DNA of 64,000 nucleotides from Gemmatimonadales bacterium (GCA_037189525.1 JBBCJC010000005.1:512001-576000); one strand, 5' to 3'; counted from the first letter of the stretch, positions 1 through 9,134 are shown. A program made the numbers and translations. Notes: generated by a model not told the origin, from the sequence alone.

Positions 1-143
1 AGACGGGAGTGCCCCCGCTCCGTCGGGATCGATGCTGCCCTGTCGTCAGGTTGTGACCCGGTCGCCTCGAGCGCTGAGGAAGGCATTGTCAATGATGCCC
101 TCCCCCTCCCGTTGCGGCAAGCTGGAACCGGAGCGCCTCCGGG

Positions 144-677
144 TCAGGGCGCCGATTCGATCCGGACCCGGACGCCGTCCGATCGATGCTCGATCAGCAC
201 GACCCGCCGGCGGGTAGGCTCGAGGATACGCGCCAGGGGCTCGGGAAAGAACGGCACCAGGATATCGAACGGTCCGGGATCGACTTCGATCCGCTCCAGC
301 ACGCGGAGCATCGGCTCGGGCGGCGGCAGCAATCGCAGATCCATGACCTGATCCGCAACCTCGCACACGATCTCCTGCTCCGCCATGACACGGGGCGCAA
401 CCACCGCCGTCCCTTCTCTCCAGAACCAGGTCGACCAGTCGTCGTCACTGAAGCCTTCGGTGTGCCAGCAGAACCCTTCCCGCGCCAGCCGGTCCAGCAG
501 GCGTTCCGGACGGAACGGCGAGCGCAAATGCAGCACCTGGTTCGGCGCCAGAGCAGACGCCGCCTGGAGAACGCGGGGCAGCGGCGGGCTGCCCTGCGCA
601 ATGTCGCCCCGAACGTCCAGATCGACGATGGACTCGGGATCGAACTCGGGTAACGGGTCTCCGGATTCGTTCATCAT
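144..677 (-). CDS. DUF2249 domain protein (two repeats, SirA/TusA-like fold)
   Basis: LDVRGDIAQGSPPLPRVLQAASAL...LRSPFRPERL and second repeat DLRLLPPPEPMLRVLE...VPFFPEPL match the DUF2249 pattern. Confidence 0.7.
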   Translation of the reverse strand: MMNESGDPLPEFDPESIVDLDVRGDIAQGSPPLPRVLQAASALAPNQVLHLRSPFRPERLLDRLAREGFCWHTEGFSDDDWSTWFWREGTAVVAPRVMAEQEIVCEVADQVMDLRLLPPPEPMLRVLERIEVDPGPFDILVPFFPEPLARILEPTRRRVVLIEHRSDGVRVRIESAP

Positions 678-683
678 GCGGCC

Positions 684-727
684 AACCTACCGCACGCGGC
701 GGCGGCCGACCTGTGACGGATGTCTCA
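684..727 (-). promoter_or_regulatory. Crp/Fnr-type box (712-727) plus -10 (TAGGTT, 689-684) for the DUF2249 gene; probably leaderless
   Basis: TGTGA-CGGATG-TCTCA on +; -10 lies 22 nt from the box and 6 nt before ATG 677. Confidence 0.6.
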
Positions 728-1423
728 CGAGGCTTCACCCCGGGCCCAGTCCCGCAGCTGGCCCACCGGCGACAGGCGCCAGACGGTTCCGGACAGGCCC
801 CGAACCAGGCCGAGCTTTTTGAGCTGCTTGATGGCGCGCGAGACCGACTCCCGCGCAGTGCCGATCTCGGTCGCCAGCTCTTCCTGCGTCCGCGGCAAAT
901 CGAGGACGACGTCGGCTCCTTCCAGACGCCCGTCTCGGCTGGCATAGTCGGCCAGATGCATCGCGAGCCGGGCCGCCACGTCCCGAAACGCAATCGTCTC
1001 GACCAACTGCACCAGGTGCCGAAGCCGGCGCCCCAGCGCGGCGACGACCGCGCTGGCCACATCGGGGTCGTGCCGAAAGGCATACTCGAATTCCGCGCGC
1101 GGGAGGTAGGCGAGCCGCGACGGCACCACCGTCATGGCGCTGGCCGGATAGGGCCCGCCATCGAACAGCGGCAGTTCCGCCACCGGTCGCCCGGGGCCTT
1201 CGACCGTGAGGGTCTGTTCTCTTCCGTCATGCGCGGTCCGATAGACCCGAACCTGGCCCGCGAGCACGATATAGACGCCGCCGCACGGATCGCCCGCGCG
1301 GAAGAGCGCAAAGCCGGCGCCGACTGCCCGCGGCACGCAGCGCGCCGCCAGGCGTTCGAGGGCAGCATCGGACAGCCCGGAAAGAAAGGGCACCTCACGC
1401 AGGGCCTCGATCAGTGTCGTCAT
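725..1423 (-). CDS. Crp/Fnr family transcriptional regulator (DNR/HcpR-like, no FNR Cys cluster)
   Basis: cNMP-like domain (LFRAGDP..GVYIVLAGQVRVY..DGREQTL) and HTH LPRTQEELATEIGTARESVSR; ATG at 1423 preferred. Confidence 0.9.
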   Translation of the reverse strand: MTTLIEALREVPFLSGLSDAALERLAARCVPRAVGAGFALFRAGDPCGGVYIVLAGQVRVYRTAHDGREQTLTVEGPGRPVAELPLFDGGPYPASAMTVVPSRLAYLPRAEFEYAFRHDPDVASAVVAALGRRLRHLVQLVETIAFRDVAARLAMHLADYASRDGRLEGADVVLDLPRTQEELATEIGTARESVSRAIKQLKKLGLVRGLSGTVWRLSPVGQLRDWARGEAS

Positions 1424-1450
1424 GGCCGAAAACAAACTCCGCCGGATTCG

Positions 1451-1495
1451 ATGTGACAAGCGTCACATGGCTCTGGCATTCGACGGGCACATTGT
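1451..1495 (+). promoter_or_regulatory. Perfect Crp-type palindrome plus -10-like CATTGT (1490-1495)
   Basis: ATGTGA-CAAGCG-TCACAT at 1451-1468 between the divergent crp and cupin genes. Confidence 0.8.
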
Positions 1496-1522
1496 TCGAT
1501 CACCCCTTCCCGAGGATGACCA

Positions 1523-1861
1523 ATGTCGAACCCGATCGATCTCCAGTCTCAGGACGCGGCGGCCACGCCGTCAAACGGCCGCCCCGCTGTCCTCGATCTC
1601 GTCACTACGCCCGAAGGCCGCACCTTCCGGCTGGTTTTTCAAGCAGGCCAATCGCTCCCGTTTCACCACAACCCCGAACGGATCGTGATTACCGCCGAAA
1701 CCGGCGCCGGCACACTGTACGTGGGCGAGTCCGACTCTCGCCAACTGGCCGCGGGTGTCGTCGTCCAACTCGAACCGGGCACGCCTCACGCGGTCGACGC
1801 CGGTGAGGAGGGCCTCGAACTCGTCGTCACCATTGCTCCCAACTGCTGCCGGATGTGCTGA
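1523..1861 (+). CDS. Cupin domain protein with C-terminal CCRMC
   Basis: FQAGQSLPFHHNP...LEPGTPHAV cupin motifs. Confidence 0.8.
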   Translation: MSNPIDLQSQDAAATPSNGRPAVLDLVTTPEGRTFRLVFQAGQSLPFHHNPERIVITAETGAGTLYVGESDSRQLAAGVVVQLEPGTPHAVDAGEEGLELVVTIAPNCCRMC

Positions 1862-2304
1862 TGGACCCGTACGTGACGCGCTTTCTGCGCAGCTCGCTGA
1901 TCTGGCTGGCCCTGGGCGTGACGCTGGGCGCTGCCATGGCCATCCGCCCGGTCTGGCAGATCTACCGGCCCGTGCATCTCCACATGCTGCTCCTGGGCTT
2001 CGTCTTCATGATGATCGCCGGGGTGGCGTACCATGTCTTTCCCCGCTTTGCGGCCACGCCGCTCCATGCGCCACGGCTGGCGCTGGCGCATGTCTACATC
2101 GCCAACATCGGCCTTGCGCTCCTGGCGACGGGGTTCGCCCTCCGGGCGCGCGCAGCACCGGCGGCACCGGTGTTTCTCGCCATCGGAGGTATCGGATCGG
2201 CCGTGGGCGCCTATGCCTTTGTCTGGAATCTCTGGCGTACCCTGGACCGAGCCGCCCTGCCCTTCAGCCAACTGGCCAGAACTCCGACCCGATCCACCGG
2301 ATAA
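1861..2304 (+). CDS. Small 4-TM protein resembling the C-terminal part of heme-copper oxidase subunit I
   Basis: HLHMLLLGFVFMMIAGVAYHVFPRF motif; ATG overlaps the cupin TGA. Confidence 0.65.
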   Translation: MDPYVTRFLRSSLIWLALGVTLGAAMAIRPVWQIYRPVHLHMLLLGFVFMMIAGVAYHVFPRFAATPLHAPRLALAHVYIANIGLALLATGFALRARAAPAAPVFLAIGGIGSAVGAYAFVWNLWRTLDRAALPFSQLARTPTRSTG

Positions 2305-2307
2305 TCC

Positions 2308-2766
2308 GTGTCCGAATTATCCCGTCGATTCCTGCTCTCGGCCGCGCTGTTCATGGCCGGGGGCATCGGGATCGGACTCTGGCTCCTGGTGTCCCGGGAA
2401 TTGCTGGGCCGGTGGCCCACCCCGTATCAGATCAGCGTCCACACCCACCTGATCCTGGTCGGGGCGGTGATTCAGACCATTCTGGGCACCGCGCTCTGGC
2501 TCTTCCCGCGCCCTCCGAAAGCGCTCCGCCCCAAGCGAGAGTGGTTCGGTGAAATCGCCTGGTGGGCAATCACGCTCGGCACGATCGTGCGCGCGGCGGC
2601 CGAGTATCACCGGGCGGATGGACCCGGCTGGCTCCGAGGCGCAATCGTGGCCGGCGGCGCGGCCCAGGCGCTGGGTCTGGTGAACGGCCTGCTCGCCCTT
2701 CGGCACCGGATTCGCCCGGCCGCCAGCAGGCCGGCGTCGACGGACTCCTTATCCGATCCGCGCTAG
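2308..2766 (+). CDS. Paralogous small 4-TM heme-copper-oxidase-like membrane protein
   Basis: HTHLILVGAVIQTILGTALWLFPRP motif; GTG start 3 nt after the previous stop. Confidence 0.65.
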   Translation: MSELSRRFLLSAALFMAGGIGIGLWLLVSRELLGRWPTPYQISVHTHLILVGAVIQTILGTALWLFPRPPKALRPKREWFGEIAWWAITLGTIVRAAAEYHRADGPGWLRGAIVAGGAAQALGLVNGLLALRHRIRPAASRPASTDSLSDPR

Positions 2767-2795
2767 AGGAAATCGCCCCAATTTCCTGGCGCCCC

Positions 2796-2839
2796 TGTGA
2801 CAATCGTCACGCACTTTTGCCCCCCTCCATACCCATGTT
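2796..2839 (+). promoter_or_regulatory. Crp/Fnr-type box upstream of nosZ plus -10-like CATGTT (2834-2839)
   Basis: TGTGA-CAATCG-TCACG at 2796-2811; same 22-nt spacing as the other two boxes. Confidence 0.75.
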
Positions 2840-2907
2840 GTCCCTGTGCCACCGCGGGTGCGGATCGGCACCAGACCGGCCCGCGAGGGCCCATCTATGA
2901 GGCAAGC

Positions 2908-4917
2908 ATGACCCAGCCATCGAGTCTACGCGGCCTGCTCCTGACCACGATCGTGGTCGCCGCGACCGCGTGCGGCACAGGGGCGCCCAACGACCTGGTC
3001 AGCGGTGACGCCGCCCGACGGACCTATGTCGCGCCGGGCGAACACGACGAGTTCTACGCCTTCATGTCCGGGGGATTCAGCGGCCAGGTCACGGTCTATG
3101 GCCTGCCATCCGGACGCCTTCTCAAAACCATTCCGGTGTTCTCCCAGTTTCCCGAGAACGGCTATGGCTACTCGGAAGAGACCAAGCCGCTCCTCGAAAC
3201 GAGCTATGGGACGGTTCCCTGGGATGACACCCACCATCCGGAGCTGTCGCAGACGGACGGCGTCCCGGACGGGCGCTGGCTCTTCATCAACGGGAACAAC
3301 ACCCCGCGGATTGCCCGGATCGACCTGACCACCTTCGAAACCGACGAGATCCTCGAGATCCCGAACTCGGCAGGTGGGCATGCGGCGCCGTTTACGACCG
3401 CCAATTCCGAGTACGTCGTCTCCGCGATCCGGTTCTCGGTACCGGTGCCCAACACCGACGTGCCGATCGAGAGCTACCAGCAGAACTTCAAGGGCTCGCT
3501 CTCGTTCATTCGCGCCGACCAGCCGGGCAAAATGGACATCGCATTCCAGATCCTGATGCCTGGCTACAACTACGACCTCGGTCACGCCGGCCGCGGACCG
3601 TCGGACGGCTGGTTCTTCTTCACCAGCTACAACTCCGAGCAGGCCTACACCAAGCTCGAGCTCAACGCATCGAAGAACGACAAGGACTACATCGCCGCAG
3701 TCAACTGGAAACAGGCGGAGCAGTGCGTCGCTTCCGGCAAGGCGTCGAAGCGCCCGGCCCGCTACTTCCACAACTACATCGACCACAGCACCCGGATTGC
3801 CCAGAGCCACGTCCGGACCTCGGTGACGGTGCTCGAGCCCTCAGCCTGCCCTGGCCTGGTGTACTTCCTCCCGACGCCCAAGTCGCCGCACGGCGTCGAC
3901 GTGGATCCGACCGGCGAGTACATCGTGGGCGGCGGCAAGCTGGCCAGCGTGATCCCGGTGCACTCGGCCACCAAAATGCTGGCAGCCATCAAGGACCAGA
4001 AGTTCGACGGTGAGCTGGACGGAATTCCGGTGCTGCAGTACGACGCCGTGCTGGCCGGCGAAGTCGACAAGCCGGGCCTGGGACCGCTCCACACCGAGTT
4101 CGACGGCAAAGGCTACGCCTACACCTCGATGTTCATCTCGTCCGAAGTCGTCAAATGGAAGCTGGGCACCTGGGAAATCATCGACCGGGCGCCGACCTAC
4201 TACTCGATCGGCCATCTGATGGTGCCGGGCGGCGACTCGAAGCAGCCGTGGGGCAAGTACCTCGTGGCGATGAACAAGATCACCAAAGACCGCTATCTCC
4301 CCACCGGCGGCGAGTTGTCCCATTCGGCGCAGCTCTATGACATCAGCGGCGAGAAGATGCAGTTGCTGCTCGACTTCCCGACCCAGGGCGAACCGCACTA
4401 TGCCCAGGCGCTTCCGGCATCGCTGATCAAGGACAAGCAGGTCAAGTTCTTCTCGCTTGCTGAGAATAAACATCCGCACGTGGTCCGCGCGGAGTCGGAG
4501 ACCGGCATCGAGCGCAGCGGCCGGGTCGTCCGGATCAAGATGGTCGCCATCCGCAGCCACTTTGCACCCGATGTGATCGAAGGCATCGAAGTGGGTGATA
4601 CGGTCTACTGGCACATCACCAACGTCGAGCAGGACTGGGACATCCTCCACGGCTTTGCCGTCCTCGGGATGCAGAACGCGGAAATCATCATGCAGCCGGG
4701 CGAAACCCGCACCCTGATGTGGGTTCCCAGGTCGGCCGGTGTCTTCCCGTTCTACTGCACTGACTTCTGCAGCGCGTTGCACCAGGAGATGTCCGGCTAT
4801 GTGCGGGTCTCGCCTCGGGGTGGCGGCGTTCCCCTCAAGGCCAACGTGTCGGCCAAGGCAGCTACGCAACAGGCGCGCCTGCCCGCCGTGTCGCCGAGCC
4901 GCTCGAGCGGAGAGTGA
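2908..4917 (+). CDS. nosZ: Nitrous-oxide reductase, clade II (Sec/lipoprotein signal)
   Basis: CuZ His motifs DTHH, GGH, PKSPHG, GLGPLH, IGH, EPH; CuA HGF...CTDFCSALHQEM; lipobox-like AATAC and no twin-arginine. Confidence 0.97.
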   Translation: MTQPSSLRGLLLTTIVVAATACGTGAPNDLVSGDAARRTYVAPGEHDEFYAFMSGGFSGQVTVYGLPSGRLLKTIPVFSQFPENGYGYSEETKPLLETSYGTVPWDDTHHPELSQTDGVPDGRWLFINGNNTPRIARIDLTTFETDEILEIPNSAGGHAAPFTTANSEYVVSAIRFSVPVPNTDVPIESYQQNFKGSLSFIRADQPGKMDIAFQILMPGYNYDLGHAGRGPSDGWFFFTSYNSEQAYTKLELNASKNDKDYIAAVNWKQAEQCVASGKASKRPARYFHNYIDHSTRIAQSHVRTSVTVLEPSACPGLVYFLPTPKSPHGVDVDPTGEYIVGGGKLASVIPVHSATKMLAAIKDQKFDGELDGIPVLQYDAVLAGEVDKPGLGPLHTEFDGKGYAYTSMFISSEVVKWKLGTWEIIDRAPTYYSIGHLMVPGGDSKQPWGKYLVAMNKITKDRYLPTGGELSHSAQLYDISGEKMQLLLDFPTQGEPHYAQALPASLIKDKQVKFFSLAENKHPHVVRAESETGIERSGRVVRIKMVAIRSHFAPDVIEGIEVGDTVYWHITNVEQDWDILHGFAVLGMQNAEIIMQPGETRTLMWVPRSAGVFPFYCTDFCSALHQEMSGYVRVSPRGGGVPLKANVSAKAATQQARLPAVSPSRSSGE

Positions 4918-5510
4918 CCATGCCACGCTCAGCCCGACTCCTGATGGTACTGGCGGCACTCTGCGTCGCGGGCGCGCTGGCCTTCCCTCTCTGGGAGGTC
5001 CGTCTGGTCGCGCCGCAGTATCCGGAGGGGCTGGGCCTCCAGATCCACGCACATACCGTGAGCGGGATCAAGCCGAACGACCTGACGAACATCAACAACC
5101 TCAACCACTACATCGGGATGCGGCCGATCGAGCCGGACGCGATTCCCGAACTTCGGTGGATGCCGGGGATCCTGATCGGGCTGGCCGCGGTTGCACTGAC
5201 CGCGGCCGGCGTCGCCCGCAAGGGATTGCTGCGCATCTGGCTGGGTGCCCTGGTGGTGCTCGCCGTGGCCGGCGTCTGGGACTTCTGGCGCTGGGGACAC
5301 GACTACGGCCACAACCTCGACACCGAGAACGCCATCATCGTGGTGCCCGGCATGACCTATCAACCACCGGTCATCGGGCGGAAACACCTGCTCAACTTCA
5401 CCGCGACGGCCTGGCCTTCGGCCGGCGCGGCCCTGCTCGGTGTGGCCTTCCTGCTCGGCGGCGTGGCGTTGCGTCTCTCGCGTCAGCCACGGATAGGAGT
5501 CGTCAAATGA
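4914..5510 (+). CDS. nosB: Clade II nos membrane protein NosB
   Basis: PLW..L.APQYPEGL, INNLNHYIGM, W.WGHDYGHNLD, YQPP..G.K.LLNF; ATGA overlap with nosZ. Confidence 0.85.
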   Translation: MTMPRSARLLMVLAALCVAGALAFPLWEVRLVAPQYPEGLGLQIHAHTVSGIKPNDLTNINNLNHYIGMRPIEPDAIPELRWMPGILIGLAAVALTAAGVARKGLLRIWLGALVVLAVAGVWDFWRWGHDYGHNLDTENAIIVVPGMTYQPPVIGRKHLLNFTATAWPSAGAALLGVAFLLGGVALRLSRQPRIGVVK

Positions 5511-5962
5511 CCTGCGATCGACGCCAGTTCCTGCTCATCCTTGCCGCCGGCGCCGTCGGCTGCGCGGCGGGCATTCCGGTCCTCCGGTACGGCGTCGACG
5601 TCTGTGACTTCTGTCGCATGACGATCAGTGATCCCGAGTTCGCCGCATTGGCCGAGACGGCTAAAGGGCGCGCCGCGCGGTTCGACTCGATCGAATGTCT
5701 GGCCCGGTGGATCGAAGAACAAGAAGAGTTCCCCAGAAATACCTGGGTTACTGACTTCGCCACGCCAAGCGTCATGCTTGCCACGAACGAGGCGCGATTC
5801 TACCGGGCCGCCGTCCGGTCCTCGATGGGTCAGGGATGGATCGCATCCGATGCGAAGCGAACCGGCGCACCATTGCCGAAGAGTGAAGGACCCTACACGT
5901 GGGATGAAACCCGCCGCGGCATCTTAGCGGGGGCCGAAGAGCCGCATGGAGGGAGGCACTGA
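5507..5962 (+). CDS. nosL: NosL copper chaperone lipoprotein
   Basis: CDFCRMTISD, FDSIEC and SSMG motifs; DRRQFL...AVGC signal. Confidence 0.9.
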   Translation: MTCDRRQFLLILAAGAVGCAAGIPVLRYGVDVCDFCRMTISDPEFAALAETAKGRAARFDSIECLARWIEEQEEFPRNTWVTDFATPSVMLATNEARFYRAAVRSSMGQGWIASDAKRTGAPLPKSEGPYTWDETRRGILAGAEEPHGGRH

Positions 5963-7185
5963 TGCGCGCGCTCCTCGTTCTGGCTCAACTCGCGACCATC
6001 GCCGTCGGCCCGAATGAGTCGTTCCAAACCCTGGCCGCAGCCATCGGTGCGGCGGCGCCGGGCGCGGTGATCACGGTTCGCCCCGGGATCTATCGCGAAC
6101 CGACCGTCACGATCGACCGGCAGATTACCCTGGTGGGCGAACCCGGAGCCATCATGGACGGCGAAGGGACTCACGGTCTCCTGGTCCTGACCGCCCCCGA
6201 TATCACGGTGCGGGGGCTCACCTTTCGCAATACCGGCATCTCGTTTCAGGAAGACCGGGCTGCGGTCCTGGCCCAGGGAGCCGAACGGTGCCGCATCGAG
6301 GGCAACACCTTCGAACAGACCTTCTTTGCCGTCTACCTCGCGAGTACGACCGACTGCGCCGTGATCGGGAATACCATGATCGGGCTCCGCGGTTCCGAAA
6401 GCCGGACCGGGAATGCGGTCCATTCCTGGGGCTCGCGGCATATCGTCATCAAGGAGAACACCATCTCGGATCACCGGGACGGCATCTATCTCGAGTTCAC
6501 CCGTCACGCGACCGTGACCGGTAACCGGAGCGCCAGGAACCTGCGCTACGGTCTGCACTTCATGTACGCCGATTCGTCGACCTACGACGGCAATCGCTTC
6601 GAAGCCAACGGAAGCGGCGTGGCCGTGATGTACTCCAAATCGGTGACATTGACCCACAACACCTTCGTCGACAACCGCGGAGCGACCGCCTACGGACTGT
6701 TGCTCAAGGAGATCGCCGATGTCGACCTGCGCGACAACCGGTTCATCAACAATACGACCGGCCTGCTGGCCGACGGTGCCGACCGCGTCCGCATCGTCGC
6801 CAACGAGTTTGCGGAGAACGGCTGGGCCCTCCGTCTGATGGCCAGTACGTCCGACGGCGTGGTGCGCCAGAACCAGTTCCGCAGCAACACCTTCGACTTG
6901 GCCGTCAACGCCCGGATCCTCACCACCGAATTCAGCGGCAACTGGTGGGATCGCTATCGGGGCTGGGATCTCGACCGCGACGGCATCGGCGACGTGGGAC
7001 ACCACCCGATCCGGCTCTTCACCCTGTTCGTCGGACGCGCCGACCCGGCGCTGATGCTCCAGCGTTCGTTGTTCGTCCGCATGCTCGACGCCGTGGAGCA
7101 GGCGCTTCCTGCGCTCACGCCGAAGGAGGTCATCGACCCCTCGCCGCTGATGGCCCCGCCCGTGAAAGGAGCGCCCTCCCTATGA
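5962..7185 (+). CDS. nosD: NosD maturation protein (beta-helix)
   Basis: GNAVHSW, RDGIYLEF, LRYGLHFMY, GNWWDRYRGWDLDRDGIGD. Confidence 0.95.
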   Translation: MRALLVLAQLATIAVGPNESFQTLAAAIGAAAPGAVITVRPGIYREPTVTIDRQITLVGEPGAIMDGEGTHGLLVLTAPDITVRGLTFRNTGISFQEDRAAVLAQGAERCRIEGNTFEQTFFAVYLASTTDCAVIGNTMIGLRGSESRTGNAVHSWGSRHIVIKENTISDHRDGIYLEFTRHATVTGNRSARNLRYGLHFMYADSSTYDGNRFEANGSGVAVMYSKSVTLTHNTFVDNRGATAYGLLLKEIADVDLRDNRFINNTTGLLADGADRVRIVANEFAENGWALRLMASTSDGVVRQNQFRSNTFDLAVNARILTTEFSGNWWDRYRGWDLDRDGIGDVGHHPIRLFTLFVGRADPALMLQRSLFVRMLDAVEQALPALTPKEVIDPSPLMAPPVKGAPSL

Positions 7186-7901
7186 TCACCATTCGTGGTC
7201 TCGAGAAACGCTTCGGTCGACGAGGCGTGCTGACCGGCCTGAACGCCGAATTCCGGCGGGGGCGGGTGACGGTACTGACCGGACCCAACGGCGCCGGCAA
7301 AACCACCCTGCTCAAGCTGATCCTCGGCCTGGCCCGCCCCGAAGCCGGCCGGATCGAGGTGAACGGCGTCGAGCTGCGCGGCGATCCCAGCTACCGGGCC
7401 GCGATCGGCTATATGCCGCAGATCGTCCGCTTTCCCGGCCAGCTGACCGGGCGCGACCTGCTCGGCATGCTCCGCACCTTACGCAAAGGGGCCGTACCCG
7501 ACCTCGACCTGGCCGCAGACCTGGGCGTCGGCGACGCGATGGACCGCCCGTTCGAAACCCTGTCGGGCGGCACCCGGCAGAAGGTCAACGCCGTCCTCGC
7601 CTTTGCCTTTCGGCCGGAGATCCTGATCCTCGACGAACCGACCGCCGGGCTCGACCCGCTCGCCAGCTGCGTCCTCAAGGAGCGCCTGGCCCACGAACGC
7701 GCGTCGGGAACGACCGTCATCATCACTTCCCACGTGCTACCCGAACTCGAAGAGCTCGCCGACGACGTGGTCTTCCTCGACGACGGCCGAGTCCGCTGGT
7801 CCGGCAGCGCCAACGAATTGCGCAGCTCGACGGGCCAGCCATCGCTGGAACGAGCGGTGGCGTCCCTGCTCCGCCCCGAAGGGCTGAGGATCGTCGCATG
7901 A
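7182..7901 (+). CDS. nosF: NosF ABC ATPase
   Basis: GPNGAGKTT, LSGG, LILDEPTAGLDP; position in the nos operon. Confidence 0.9.
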   Translation: MITIRGLEKRFGRRGVLTGLNAEFRRGRVTVLTGPNGAGKTTLLKLILGLARPEAGRIEVNGVELRGDPSYRAAIGYMPQIVRFPGQLTGRDLLGMLRTLRKGAVPDLDLAADLGVGDAMDRPFETLSGGTRQKVNAVLAFAFRPEILILDEPTAGLDPLASCVLKERLAHERASGTTVIITSHVLPELEELADDVVFLDDGRVRWSGSANELRSSTGQPSLERAVASLLRPEGLRIVA

Positions 7902-8686
7902 CTGCTCAGACGCACGCCCTCATCGCCGCTGGCCGCGATGTCATCCGGAGCCGTTGGCTCCTCGGCCTGGGCATTTTCCTCGCTGCAGCGGGCGATCTCC
8001 TGCTCCGCTTCGGTGAGGGTGCTACGGCGCGGGCCTCGCTGATGGACATCGTCCTGGTCGCGACCCCGCTCGCTGCGCTCGTGATCGGCACGATCCAGGT
8101 TCACAACGCCCGCGAAATCACCGAGCTACTGCTGGCCCAGCCCGTGACGCGCACCCGGCTCTTCCTGCGCCTCTTCCTCGGCACGGTCGCCCCGCTTGCG
8201 GTGGTGCTCTCGCTGGGTCTGATCCTGCCATTCGTCTGGCATGGTCGTGTCACGGCAGCCGAGCTTCCGCACCTGGCGGCGCTCGTCGCGGCGACGCTCC
8301 TGCTCACCGCGATCGGGACCGCACTCGCCTTCGTGATCGCGCTCCGGACCGACGACCGGGTCCGCGCACTCGGCATTGCGTGCCTGATCTGGCTCGCCGC
8401 CGCCGTGTTGTGGGATGGAATCGTACTACTGCTGACCCTGATGTATGCCGACCGGCCGATCGAATGGGCCGTGCTCGTCCTCCTGGCGCTCAACCCGCTC
8501 GACCTGGTCCGTGTCGTCCTGCTGCTGGGCACGGATGGCGCTGCTCTCTTCGGCTATACCGGCGCCGTCCTCGAACATGTGCTCGGCACCGGTACCGGCC
8601 GTATTGCTCTGATGTCCGTGCTGTTGCTTTGGCTCGCCCTGCCTCTCGGGGCGGCCGCCCGTACCTTCACTTCGAAAGATTTCTGA
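7898..8686 (+). CDS. nosY: NosY ABC permease
   Basis: Multi-TM, ELLLAQPVTR, LNPLDLVR..L...GAALFGYTG, ends KDF. Confidence 0.88.
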   Translation: MTAQTHALIAAGRDVIRSRWLLGLGIFLAAAGDLLLRFGEGATARASLMDIVLVATPLAALVIGTIQVHNAREITELLLAQPVTRTRLFLRLFLGTVAPLAVVLSLGLILPFVWHGRVTAAELPHLAALVAATLLLTAIGTALAFVIALRTDDRVRALGIACLIWLAAAVLWDGIVLLLTLMYADRPIEWAVLVLLALNPLDLVRVVLLLGTDGAALFGYTGAVLEHVLGTGTGRIALMSVLLLWLALPLGAAARTFTSKDF

Positions 8687-8696
8687 GGCGATCGAT

Positions 8697-9116
8697 ATGA
8701 TGCCCCGATCATTATTCGGCCTGGTGCTGCTCGCCGCGGCGTGCGGCAGTTCTCCCAAAGAAGCCAGTCCTCCCGCGGACCAGCAACGGAGCGCACCTGC
8801 CGCCGTCGCCACCGGGCGGACCATCGAAATCAAGATGGTGACCGACGGCACCGGGAACTACTATGAACCCAAGGAGGTCGAGGTCAAACAGGGAGATCTG
8901 CTCCGGTTCGTCCTCGTCACGGGTGTCCATAACGTCCACTTCCTCGCCGACAGCAACCCCGGCGTCAGCAACCTGCCACCGATGAGTGACATGCTGCAGC
9001 TGCCCGGGCAGACGTACGACCTGCCCGTCACCATGGCCCCCGGCAAACGCTACGTCTACCAGTGCGATCCGCATGCGGCGCTCGGAATGATCGGGGCGAT
9101 TACCGTCGTCCCGTGA
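8697..9116 (+). CDS. Plastocyanin/halocyanin-type blue copper lipoprotein
   Basis: Lipobox LAAAC; type-1 Cu ligands HNVHF...YQCDPHAALGM. Confidence 0.9.
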   Translation: MMPRSLFGLVLLAAACGSSPKEASPPADQQRSAPAAVATGRTIEIKMVTDGTGNYYEPKEVEVKQGDLLRFVLVTGVHNVHFLADSNPGVSNLPPMSDMLQLPGQTYDLPVTMAPGKRYVYQCDPHAALGMIGAITVVP

Positions 9117-9134
9117 CCGTAGCGATCTGATGAT

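Noticed and set aside
2797..2907. Cys-rich N-terminal extension of NosZ given by the ORF track
   Set aside because: It overlaps the Crp box and promoter; ATG 2908 has GAGG upstream and begins a proper signal peptide.
4739..5506. Long N-terminal extension of NosL (407-aa ORF)
   Set aside because: It overlaps nosZ and nosB out of frame; the true start is 5507 (ATGA overlap, AGGAG SD).
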